Shown: piece by piece, positions 42,260 to 51,005 of the stretch
How positions within the stretch are numbered: position 1 is the first letter of the stretch
Layout of the letters: each line of letters opens with the position of its first letter
Assembly (NCBI GenBank): GCA_963729715.1
Contig: CAVSPA010000005.1
Location: 576,001-640,000, forward strand
Reading direction: 5' to 3'
Length of the DNA: 64,000 bases
Origin: an uncultured delta proteobacterium
GTDB taxonomy: Bacteria > Desulfobacterota > Syntrophia > Syntrophales > UBA2185
Made by a program: the position numbers and the translations under genes
The notes under the pieces: model-generated
The model's database searches: none
Seen by the model: the letters and a program-made list of their open reading frames with translations, nothing else
What the model was told of the DNA's origin: nothing

Positions 42260-42964
42260 TCACTTCGGCTTCTTCCAGAATGGGCCGGTCTTACCGATTT
42301 CTTTCATGCCTTGAACCATCTCACGGGCGTATTCATGTATGTGTGACAGATAGTCCTTATCCATCCGCCGCCTGAAGAAAGGCCCGGAGAATAGTTTGCG
42401 TAATTGCTCCAGTGACAGGATGCCCTCGTCGGTGCCTTGGACAAAGGACTTCCAGTTGCGGACATGCTCTTCCGACCGGAAGAGATTCATCGTGCTTCAG
42501 GCATAGCCCGGATCTTCAAACCATTTCCAGAAGGGCACGGCTACATAGGCCGTGTATCCTGAGGCTTCGGCATTCAAAATGACCCCGTCCCGGATGACCA
42601 CACGGAGCGGCGCGCCGCAGTCCAAACAGGGGAAATCCACCGTCACCGCCTTGCCAGGGAATAGCCAGCAGACCGCCAGCGATTCGAATGCTCACTGGCC
42701 GAACCATTTCTGCTGACCGTCGATGGTGATCCGGTATTGGGTTGGAAGATTGTTGAAGGGAGCGAAGGAGACGATGTGGTCCGTGCGGGGATACAGCCAC
42801 GAAGGGATTCCCGAGGAGAACAGGTCGTGCATGACCTTCCGGCCTTCCTCAACGGGAAGCCCGAATTCTTGGGCAAGTTCCGTGTAAAAGGGCGCCTGCC
42901 CGGTTTCTACCATGCGTTTCATGATGATGTGAAACGCCTTCTCCAGCATTGGGGGTGCGCTCAT
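42260..42964 (-). CDS. MerB (organomercurial lyase)-fold protein with two selenocysteines (Sec91, Sec156)
   Basis: Three pieces join in one frame across TGA 42692-42694 and TGA 42497-42499 (234 aa): HTH-like N-term, PTQYRITIDGQQKWFGQ-U-AFESLAV, FPCLDCGAPLRV, PGYA-U-STMNLFRSEEH. Confidence 0.88.
42467..42484 (-). promoter_or_regulatory. SECIS for MerB-like Sec156
   Basis: CUCUUCC-GGUC-GGAAGAG perfect 7-bp stem; loop 19 nt after UGA. Confidence 0.8.
42659..42685 (-). promoter_or_regulatory. SECIS for MerB-like Sec91
   Basis: GAAU-C-GCUGGCG-GUC-UGCUGGC-U-AUUC; GGUC 17 nt after UGA, resembling the fdhF GCA-GGUC-UGC apex. Confidence 0.7.
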
Positions 42965-43021
42965 GGTATTTCCTCCTTTATAATTCTGTTTTTCAAATTC
43001 CCTATTCAGATGAAAGTCTAT

Positions 43022-43579
43022 CTACACGTCCTTCATAAACTCAATTGACGTCATACTTTTGAAAAGAGGATAAAGCGGGTTGTTGCGGTACAGGTTCAAT
43101 GTCGTTTCATGAATTTCCCTGGTGAAGGCGGCGCAGCAGTCTTCGAGGATATAGGCCTGGAAATCGTTAGACAAGGCGTCAAGGGCGGTTACGAGGACAC
43201 ACCAGTGCGTGCTTATGCCGCAGATTGCAACCGTGTCCACTCCGTGCAGTCTGAGAATCTGATCCATGTCCGTCTTGTAGAAGGCGCTGAACCTGCGCTT
43301 GGGACTGTAAATATCCGTCGGAGCCTGAATCAAGAGCTCCGTTACCTCCGCATCTGTTGTCCCGCGAATGGAGCGCTCTTTCATCTTTCCACCGAAGATG
43401 AAGTCTCCTTTCAAAAAACTGTCCATGGAAAAAATCACCGGGATGGACTTGCGGCGGGCAAATTCGGTAAGACGGTTGATATTTGGGCAGACGGCACGGG
43501 CAAGTGGGGTAATCGGAAAGCCCGGTTCAACTTCCAATGAGTCTTTAAGCATGTCGACGATAACAATTGCAGGTTTCAT
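43022..43579 (-). CDS. Isochorismatase/nicotinamidase-family cysteine hydrolase
   Basis: IVIVDM (Asp), KRRFSAFY (Lys), GISTHWCV (Cys) triad. Confidence 0.9.
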   Translation of the reverse strand: MKPAIVIVDMLKDSLEVEPGFPITPLARAVCPNINRLTEFARRKSIPVIFSMDSFLKGDFIFGGKMKERSIRGTTDAEVTELLIQAPTDIYSPKRRFSAFYKTDMDQILRLHGVDTVAICGISTHWCVLVTALDALSNDFQAYILEDCCAAFTREIHETTLNLYRNNPLYPLFKSMTSIEFMKDV

Positions 43580-43599
43580 TCACATCTCCGCCAAAATAA

Positions 43600-43630
43600 A
43601 AAGAGGCAAGTAATAACGCCTTGCCTCTTT
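43600..43630 (-). terminator. Intrinsic terminator/stem-loop after AbfD paralog
   Basis: AAAGAGGCAAG-N9-CTTGCCTCTTT followed by U-tract on minus strand. Confidence 0.7.
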
Positions 43631-43652
43631 CTTCTTCGTTTGATCTCCTTGA

Positions 43653-45104
43653 TTATTCTTCCTTCATGCCCATGAGCTTCTTGGCCATCTTCTTCTTAGC
43701 GTCAAAGTCCGTGAGCACGGAGATCATGAACCGCTGTGTCTGAGGGGCGCCGGCGCCGTGCCAGGTTCCCGTGCCATGCAGACCGGCTGACCAGTGCTGG
43801 AGGAACTTTGCGACCTTAAGGCGCTTGTCCGCCGGGGCTGCAGCCGCGAAAGCCTTTTTCAGCATGGGCCCGACCTCCGGGTCTTCCAGGTCCTTTTGCC
43901 TCGGCATGGTTACCACCAGGCCGCCACCGATATCTCCGGCGTTCTTGATGATTTCCCAGAATCCGTGGGCGATGTTCAGCTTGGCGGCATTGCCGAAGAG
44001 ATCGTCCGGAAGGAAGACGCCGGATCCCCTGGGTTCTTCCCTTCCCCGCATGGCTGCCGCGATAGCGCAGGCGTGGGACGTCTCGCTGAAGCGTACCATA
44101 TCAATGATCTTCTCCTGGATGTGAGGGACCTTGTCCACACCGGTGTATTCGGCGGCAAGCACGGTGCCTCCGATAACCAGGTCGGCGAATCCCACCTTGC
44201 AGGCGCCGCCGCAATTCATGCGGTGGGCCTTGGCGAACCGGGTAACCATTTTCCCGCAGAACTTGGTCTCGCCGCAGAGGAAAACTCGCTCCCAGGGAAT
44301 GAAGACATTGTCAAAAACCATCGTCGACGTTTCCCTCTGTCCGAAGACGGGATTCCCAATCTCGGCTTCGTCTTCACAAAATTCACGCTCCGCCGAGTAG
44401 GCATTGTATTGGCAGATGTATGTAAGCCCCGGTACGCTGTTTTGTACCGCAAAGGCCAGGGCAAAGGCCTCTTCGCCTTCTCTCAGGGCGCCTCCCGGCA
44501 GAACAAGTGTTTCATGCGAGCCTATGGCGCCGCTCTGGCTCACCTTGATCCCGCGTACTACGATTCCATCGTCACGTTTTTCAACAAGGTGAACGAATGT
44601 ATCGGGTTCGTCCTGCTGGGAAGGCCTCTTTTTCCTGTCTCCTTTTGCATCGGTTATCGCGCCGGAGACTGCGAGGTCGTTGGCCTGGGCGAATGCAAGC
44701 CATTTGTTAAATCTTTCATTATATTTCGTTTTCAAATCCCGGTCCATCTCCCACGTCGTAGAGGCGAGGCTGTTGAGTGCATCGCAACCCACGCAGCGGT
44801 AATTGCAGGTACCCACCGTCTGGCTCGTCAAGAGGGCCATCTCCTGCCGCATGTCGAGGTCGTGGATATTGCGTGCCACGTTAAGGTTGCGGTTGATCGC
44901 TTCCCCCGTCAGGTGCGATGTAGCGACCATGATTCCCTTGTATTTCGGGTCTTCAGCGAGCTCGTAAATCGCCGCGTTGGCCATAACCATGGAACGCGTA
45001 ATTTTGTTGTTGAGCAGATTCTTCACCCATTTACCCCCGCAATAGACGCGGGGCGACAGCTTCTTCATACTGTCCAGATATTCCTTTGCAGTCTTTAAAG
45101 CCAT
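43653..45104 (-). CDS. Divergent 4-hydroxybutyryl-CoA dehydratase/HpaB-family [4Fe-4S]-FAD protein
   Basis: GTCNYRCVG, TDAKGDR, VFDNVFIPWERVF, HRMNCGGACK, HGAGAP; same length as the canonical paralog at 53471. Confidence 0.85.
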   Translation of the reverse strand: MALKTAKEYLDSMKKLSPRVYCGGKWVKNLLNNKITRSMVMANAAIYELAEDPKYKGIMVATSHLTGEAINRNLNVARNIHDLDMRQEMALLTSQTVGTCNYRCVGCDALNSLASTTWEMDRDLKTKYNERFNKWLAFAQANDLAVSGAITDAKGDRKKRPSQQDEPDTFVHLVEKRDDGIVVRGIKVSQSGAIGSHETLVLPGGALREGEEAFALAFAVQNSVPGLTYICQYNAYSAEREFCEDEAEIGNPVFGQRETSTMVFDNVFIPWERVFLCGETKFCGKMVTRFAKAHRMNCGGACKVGFADLVIGGTVLAAEYTGVDKVPHIQEKIIDMVRFSETSHACAIAAAMRGREEPRGSGVFLPDDLFGNAAKLNIAHGFWEIIKNAGDIGGGLVVTMPRQKDLEDPEVGPMLKKAFAAAAPADKRLKVAKFLQHWSAGLHGTGTWHGAGAPQTQRFMISVLTDFDAKKKMAKKLMGMKEE

Positions 45105-45122
45105 AATATCCTCCGGATTAGT

Positions 45123-45443
45123 TTATTCTTTAGACTTGATGTCTATTATATATTTCGCCTTTCCGGTACCGGGAAAGGCCCCTATATTCTCTAAGGCAAT
45201 GTCCATGATTTCCATCAATTCGGTCTCGCTTCTCTTTCCGGATAATACGAGCAGCATGCCTTTTTCCTTCAGTCGAGCTTCAGCAATGAGACCCTTTTCC
45301 TGAAAACCCGGTATGAACTTCTTGTCAAGACAGCAATACATAAAACTCGCGAATGTGCCGCCCAGACCACTGTAGCTTCCCTGCATCTCGCGTCCGATCT
45401 TGACAGCTATCACTTCCAATCCCGCATCGTTCTCTAACGCCAA
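45123..45443 (-). CDS. Hypothetical protein
   Basis: 106-aa ORF filling the gap in a co-oriented cluster; GAGGG RBS, TTG start; YCC motif. Confidence 0.6.
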   Translation of the reverse strand: MALENDAGLEVIAVKIGREMQGSYSGLGGTFASFMYCCLDKKFIPGFQEKGLIAEARLKEKGMLLVLSGKRSETELMEIMDIALENIGAFPGTGKAKYIIDIKSKE

Positions 45444-45509
45444 CTTTGATCCCTCTCACCACTATTGAGACTTATTCGTTCTGGAAATTTCTTCCAAGGC
45501 CTTCCCGAT

Positions 45510-46844
45510 TTACATCTTTCCCCTGAGAGACTGGGCCGCGATGTGGATGGCGTCCCAGGCGCCTCCGAAGGGCGGCGCGTATGGAAGATCAAGGTAGCCG
45601 ACCTCATCCACGGAGAGTCCTGCCCATAGGGCGACAGAAAGGCTGCTGATTCGTTGAACGGCCCCTTTCTCACCGATGCACTGCCCGCCGAGAAGTTTTC
45701 CCGTCTTCTTGTCTCCGACAAGTTTCACGCCCATCTTCTCCCCTTTAGCCATGGGACGGCCAACGGGAAGACCCCAGATCATGGTGCTCACCGGCTGGAA
45801 TCCATATTTTGCGGCTTCCTCCTCCGTAAGTCCGGTGGCAGCCACCTCCAGTTTGAATACCTTGAAGGCCTGAGCACCCACGACACCCGGAAACTCCGCC
45901 GGGTAACCGCCGATGTTTTGACCGGCAACACGGCCCTGCTTGTTGGCAACATCGCCGAGGGGAAAATAGACCCACCGGCCGGCGACTTTGTGAAATACCT
46001 CACAGCAGTCTCCCACTGCGTAAACCCCTTCCCGGGATGTCTTCTGCCGGAGATCCACCGTGATGGCGCCACTTTCCCCTAAGGCAATTCCCATGGATTC
46101 GGCAAGCGCGGCATTCCGCTTTGTTCCCACTCCCATCAGCACGAGATCGGCATCCAGCTCGCCGCCGCTGGTATGAAGATTCAACCTGTATTCCTTCCCT
46201 TTTTCAATCGATAGAGGCTTCGTCTCCGGAAGGAATTCCACCTGGTTCTTGGCCAGCTCTTCCACTATCATCTTCGTGAATTCGGCATCCCACCGTACGG
46301 CCGGCCGGGGCAGGATGTCCATGACCTTCACTTCAATTCCCAGGCTTCGGAGCGCCTCACACATCTCCATACCGATATAGCCCGCACCGATCAGAACCGC
46401 TTTCCTGCAGCTCTTTTCGTTCAGGTAGGATTTCATCTTCAAGGCGTCGCTCAAGTCTCTGAAGACATAGACGCCGTCCATGTCTTTGCCCGGAATATCC
46501 AGGCGGATCGCTTCGGCCCCTGTCGCCATGACCAGGAAGTCGTAAGGAAGACTCGTGCCGTCTGATAACGAGAGAGATCCCTTTTGAGGATCGACACTGT
46601 CCACGCGCGTCTTGATTTTTACGTCGATGCCCGTTTTCTTGAATTCTTCCGGCGTACGGATGACGAGCCTCTTTGACTCTTTGATTACATCACCGATGTA
46701 ATAAGGCATCGGTCAGGCCGCATAGGAAACAAAGTCACCCTTCTCAATCATCGTCACTTCCAGAGAAGGGTTTCTTCTTTTGGCCTCGGCAGCCGAAGAC
46801 GGGCCTGCCGCCCCGCCTCCCACTATAACCAGTTTTTGACCCAT
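45510..46844 (-). CDS. CoA-disulfide reductase/NADH oxidase-like flavoprotein, selenoprotein (Sec44)
   Basis: True start ATG 46844 (GGAGG RBS): MGQKLVIVGGGAAG...FVSYAA-U(TGA 46713-46715)-PMPYYIG; 444 aa. The ORF track version lacks the FAD-binding N-terminus. Confidence 0.92.
46684..46702 (-). promoter_or_regulatory. SECIS for flavoprotein Sec44
   Basis: AUUACAUC-GGU-GAUGUAAU perfect 8-bp stem; loop 18 nt after UGA. Confidence 0.8.
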
Positions 46845-46909
46845 TTAATGTCCTCCACAGTTATCAATTTAATTGTATACTGTCCGTTTCAAGCCTTCTC
46901 CTGATTACA

Positions 46910-47452
46910 TCAATCCTTGAGGTTTTCCACGTTTTCACTGAAGGGCTTCGACGCCAGTTCATCCTTGTCGGATAGTACTAGGTCCGCCGCAATCCCGGCT
47001 GCATCAGTAATGACCTCACGGCAGTACAGCGCGTGTTCCCTGCACAGCCAGGTGCTCTGCCATGGCACCGTCAATTCCCTGCACAGGGTCTTTCCGTATT
47101 TCGCCTTGAAGCGGTTGGGGACCACATTGAATATCCTGTAAACACCGGGCTTCCCGTACAACTGGGCCTTCGACTTCATCGCCACATCCTTTTGATCCGC
47201 TCCTTCAGGGAGTGATGCCCTGCCGTGGACGGCGCTCACGGCCATTACCGCCCCTGCCAGGGCGCCGCAGGTGTCTCCGAAAAGCCCTATGCCGCCGCCA
47301 AACCCGGTTGCGACCTTTTTGACTGCCGGAGGCAATCCTGTATCCACCAGGGTTAGAACCGCTTCAGTGACGCATTCCGCACAATTATACCCTAAAGAAA
47401 AATTCTTGCGGGCACGCTGACGGATTTCCTCGATTTTCTCCTCTTTTGTCAT
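46910..47452 (-). CDS. C_GCAxxG_C_C family putative redox protein
   Basis: YNCAE, GFGGGIG..GDTCGALAG, TLCREL, YCREV. Confidence 0.9.
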   Translation of the reverse strand: MTKEEKIEEIRQRARKNFSLGYNCAECVTEAVLTLVDTGLPPAVKKVATGFGGGIGLFGDTCGALAGAVMAVSAVHGRASLPEGADQKDVAMKSKAQLYGKPGVYRIFNVVPNRFKAKYGKTLCRELTVPWQSTWLCREHALYCREVITDAAGIAADLVLSDKDELASKPFSENVENLKD

Positions 47453-47630
47453 TGATCCTTCCTCCTTTTTTAAGAAATCTTTCTAAGACTTTTGTCTCAG
47501 CACATTACCGCGTTAGTCGTCTCCCCTTAGAGGCTGTCTACGCGTCTCAACGCGAAATATCAATACTGAAAAACTGCGCATAGTATACGTATTTTTTCTA
47601 AGTAGTCAATCGGATCGCAATAGGATAAAA

Positions 47631-48911
47631 CTATAAAGACAAAAGATGGGATCTCAAGTTTGCCTTCTTCTTATTAAGCCTCAACTTTCTTCTAATATGA
47701 TTGCGATGAACCTCCACTGTCCTCACTGACGCATTCAACAGCTTTGCCATTTCTTTTGTCGTGCGTCCTTCTTTTATCAAATTAATGACCTTGATTTCCG
47801 TTGGCGTGAGATCGGGATATTTCGAAGAGAGGGTACGGAGGAAGGGGGAAACGATTTCATTGAGATTTCTCTCGAGTATTTTTAATTGATTCAATTGACG
47901 GCTATCAACTTGGGTCATTTTCAAATTCTCGATGTACGGGAGAATCAATTCCTTCATGTTGCAGGTAACCTTTTCCTCAAGCTCCGCTTTGTCTTCCTCT
48001 CTGCGCTTGAGCAGGACTTTCATGGCTGTATTGGCATCTTCAAGATTGCGCGAATTTTCTTCCAGCTCGCGCTCCCTCTTCTTCAACGCCTCTTCCATTT
48101 TTTTTCGTTCCGTAATGTTACGGGCAATGCCATGGATCGATACCCGTCTGCCGTTTTCTTCCATGCTCCGGGCGTTCACCTCCACCCATACGGCTTCACC
48201 GTCTTTTGTATACGTGAGAAACTCCTGTGGGTTCTGAACATCCACATCATCGAGCCTGTTTCGAATGAGCTTTCGCACTACAGGTAGATAATCCGCATCC
48301 AGAAGATTCTCTATGTTCAGCCCCAACAGCTGCGCCTGTTCATAGCCGTATGTCTTGGATGCGGCGGCATTGCAGGATAAGATCTTACCGTCGAAATCAA
48401 GTATCAATATCATGTCATTGGCATTTTCGAAGAGTTCCCTGTACTTCTGTTCCGATTGCCTCATTGCCTCTTGGGCCTTTCTCCGCTCGGTTATATCCGT
48501 AACTATCTCCACGATACCGATTGGGGAGCCTCTTCCGTCCCGCACGGGATAGCTGCGTAGAACCCAATTCTTCTTGTAAGATGAAAAATCGACTACTTCC
48601 TGGGGGTCACCCGTCTTAAGAGTTTTTACAGCCGGGCAAATTCGGCATGCCCTGCTTCTATTATGAAGCGCCTCATAGCAGTGTTTCTTATTCAATTTGC
48701 CGGGCGCCAGATTAAATGCATCAAGCATGGCCTTATTAGCCCAGATCACCCTCAGATCCTTATCAAGGTACAAGACGAGCTCGGTCATGGCATCGAGAAT
48801 GACCGATTTTTCCTGCTCTGATTTTCTCAGTTTTTCAAAGAGAGGAAGATATTTTTTTTCGGTTTGGTGGGTCGACAAACTTGATTTGTCAGGCTCCCTC
48901 ATTTTTTTCAT
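47631..48911 (-). CDS. PAS-PAS-LuxR transcriptional regulator
   Basis: Two PAS/PAC domains (DITERR/NITERK), LTPTE..V...IKEG.TTKE..HR..IRRKL HTH. Confidence 0.9.
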   Translation of the reverse strand: MKKMREPDKSSLSTHQTEKKYLPLFEKLRKSEQEKSVILDAMTELVLYLDKDLRVIWANKAMLDAFNLAPGKLNKKHCYEALHNRSRACRICPAVKTLKTGDPQEVVDFSSYKKNWVLRSYPVRDGRGSPIGIVEIVTDITERRKAQEAMRQSEQKYRELFENANDMILILDFDGKILSCNAAASKTYGYEQAQLLGLNIENLLDADYLPVVRKLIRNRLDDVDVQNPQEFLTYTKDGEAVWVEVNARSMEENGRRVSIHGIARNITERKKMEEALKKRERELEENSRNLEDANTAMKVLLKRREEDKAELEEKVTCNMKELILPYIENLKMTQVDSRQLNQLKILERNLNEIVSPFLRTLSSKYPDLTPTEIKVINLIKEGRTTKEMAKLLNASVRTVEVHRNHIRRKLRLNKKKANLRSHLLSL

Positions 48912-48954
48912 CTTTGCCTCTAATTACAATTGGGTTCGTCTTGTAATATTTTGA

Positions 48955-49980
48955 TTAATCCGGTTTTTCTTCCGGCAGTTTTTCTCCCAAAGCTAATCGG
49001 CAGATGTCGCTGATCATGAAATTCTTCATGCCCTCGTCACGCACCTTTTTATTAAGGGTTGCGAAGCACATGGCGCAGAGATAGACCATCGCCTCGGCGC
49101 CGTGATCCTTCGCATCCTTGATGTTCTTCTCCCGAAATGGCTCGAAGTTCTTTCCCCTTGGGAAGAGCTTCAGCCCCGGGCCTGCCACCTCCACACCGCA
49201 GCATATGGCATCGATACCGTCGTACTGCCGTTTTACCCGCTCCACCCCGACGAGGTCGAAGACTTCGTCCACCAGGTAATCCTTCTCAGGCGTATACCGG
49301 GAGGCGCAGGGACGCTGGTAGGCAACCTTCATGTTCAGGTTCCTCACTTTGCTTTTATTCTCCTTGAGATGGTCCCTTAGATATTCAAACAGGTGAACCG
49401 GCCGGAAGGGAAGCTTGATGCCGTATTCGGGCGCAACACCCTTAAGGACGGCATAGCAGTCGTCATGCACGAAGACGATTTCCTTTGCCCCGGACTTGGC
49501 CAAGTTGTCCACCATGGCTTGCAAGCGATTACTCATGATCGATTCGTCCCCCATGTGGGCGAAGAGGACATTGCAGAAGTAGTGTTTCCCTTTGAGGAGC
49601 GGCATCGTCTCGAAGAGCTGTCCCTGAATCGCCCAGGGCATGTTGCCCTGCATAACGCAGATGGACATTGCCCGCTCTTTGGGCGCTACCGGTTTCGGTT
49701 CACCTTCCGGCTTGAATCTTTCAGCCATCTGGACCTTCAGAGCCGGGTCGGTGAAGCTGCCGTCTTCTTCCAGTCGCTTCAGAATCAAATCGAAGGGACG
49801 GGCTCCCTTTGAGCAGTATTCATTACAGGCGATGCATGTCACACAGTCCGTGAGCCAAGCAACCTTTTCACCCAGCGCCAGTTTCTTAAATTCTCTGCCC
49901 CCGCTTTCCCTGTCGAAATCAAGGTAGCGGCATAGATTTAGACACTCACCACAATAATCGCATTTATCTTCGTGAAACAT
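48955..49980 (-). CDS. Fe-S protein with ferredoxin-like and CCG-like domains (HdrB/GlpC-like)
   Basis: CDYCGECLNLC, CVTCIACNEYC, YQRPC, ICCG, YLCAMC. Confidence 0.85.
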   Translation of the reverse strand: MFHEDKCDYCGECLNLCRYLDFDRESGGREFKKLALGEKVAWLTDCVTCIACNEYCSKGARPFDLILKRLEEDGSFTDPALKVQMAERFKPEGEPKPVAPKERAMSICVMQGNMPWAIQGQLFETMPLLKGKHYFCNVLFAHMGDESIMSNRLQAMVDNLAKSGAKEIVFVHDDCYAVLKGVAPEYGIKLPFRPVHLFEYLRDHLKENKSKVRNLNMKVAYQRPCASRYTPEKDYLVDEVFDLVGVERVKRQYDGIDAICCGVEVAGPGLKLFPRGKNFEPFREKNIKDAKDHGAEAMVYLCAMCFATLNKKVRDEGMKNFMISDICRLALGEKLPEEKPD

Positions 49981-50126
49981 AAATTCTCCTCAATAAATAT
50001 TACTTGTGCTCCAATCCGTCACAAGTTCTTACGTCCTGAGGATGCCGTGCTGTCGAGTTATTACCTATCAGAAAAAGGTCTCTGTCAATAGCATTTTTAT
50101 CCCTCCGTATAGTTCTGTCTCCACAG

Positions 50127-50603
50127 CTACTTTTCATTTTTCTTAGTCTTGCATTTGCTGCATAACCCGTAAAATTGTATGAGATGGTTAATGATTGTGA
50201 AATCATATTTCTTGGATAATCCGGCTTCCGTCTTTTTTAAGAGGGCCAACTCCTCATCGATAAAGTCCGCATAATCAATGACACGACGACAGCCCGTACA
50301 TACCAGATGATGATGGTGCGCCTCTCCCCGGCGCCCTTCGGCTATCTCGTATCTGGCCCTCCCGTCGCCAAAATCAAACTTATACACCAGACCGGTACTC
50401 ACAAGAACCTCCAGTGTTCTGTAAACGGACGTCAAGCCAATGGCAGGATAGGCGGTGTAAGCCTTTAAATAGATGTCCTCCGCGCTCAGATGCTCCTTCG
50501 CATCCGCCAGAACATTCATGATGGCCGCACGGCCCTGGGTTATCCGGTAGCCGTATCCCCTAAGTTGCCCATGCATGAGCGGCGGCTCCTGTCTATTCTT
50601 CAC
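50127..50603 (-). CDS. fur: Fur-family transcriptional regulator
   Basis: RITQGR, HLSAEDIY, SVYRTL, HHHHLVCTGC, GLCSKC. Confidence 0.9.
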   Translation of the reverse strand: MKNRQEPPLMHGQLRGYGYRITQGRAAIMNVLADAKEHLSAEDIYLKAYTAYPAIGLTSVYRTLEVLVSTGLVYKFDFGDGRARYEIAEGRRGEAHHHHLVCTGCRRVIDYADFIDEELALLKKTEAGLSKKYDFTIINHLIQFYGLCSKCKTKKNEK

Positions 50604-50622
50604 GAATTTTCCTCCTATTGTT

Positions 50623-50641
50623 AATGAAATTCATTTCCATT
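50623..50641. promoter_or_regulatory. Putative Fur-family box (autoregulation)
   Basis: AATGAAATT-C-ATTTCCATT 9-1-9 imperfect palindrome just upstream of the fur RBS. Confidence 0.6.
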
Positions 50642-51005
50642 TACTTCTTGCAAAAGCGTCTGTCAAGGATTAATATCCGACCGTGAGACTAACCTCGGCG
50701 TTCGCTTTCCACTCATCACCGGAAATTAATCAGATTTCATTGGATAAGGGCGCTATCCGAAATTTGAATTATATTTATTTCACGTATCGTGACCCGGAGA
50801 TTACGCTTGCATTATTATTTTTTCTATGGTGAGCTGAAAACCCATGTCAGTCTCAAGCTGCAACATCCAGTTTCCGTTTTGTTTTTCTTTTTGTGTTCCT
50901 TTATCCTCGTTGCAGATGACCGGCATTAGGGCATCCGTGGGTTTGTAAAGGAAGCCCGCTCTATAATGATCGCGGGTGAATATATTTTTCGAGAGGAGTG
51001 ACGCC

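Noticed and set aside
42260..42262. Third TGA of the MerB-like gene as further readthrough
   Set aside because: Follows a Lys-rich C-terminus and is directly followed by a terminator; no SECIS at the expected spacing.
43794..45098. Long antisense/alternative ORFs (e.g. 434 aa here, 30828-31823, 53975-54820, 7189-8004)
   Set aside because: Shadows of well-supported genes on the opposite strand in GC-rich coding DNA; no motifs or RBS.
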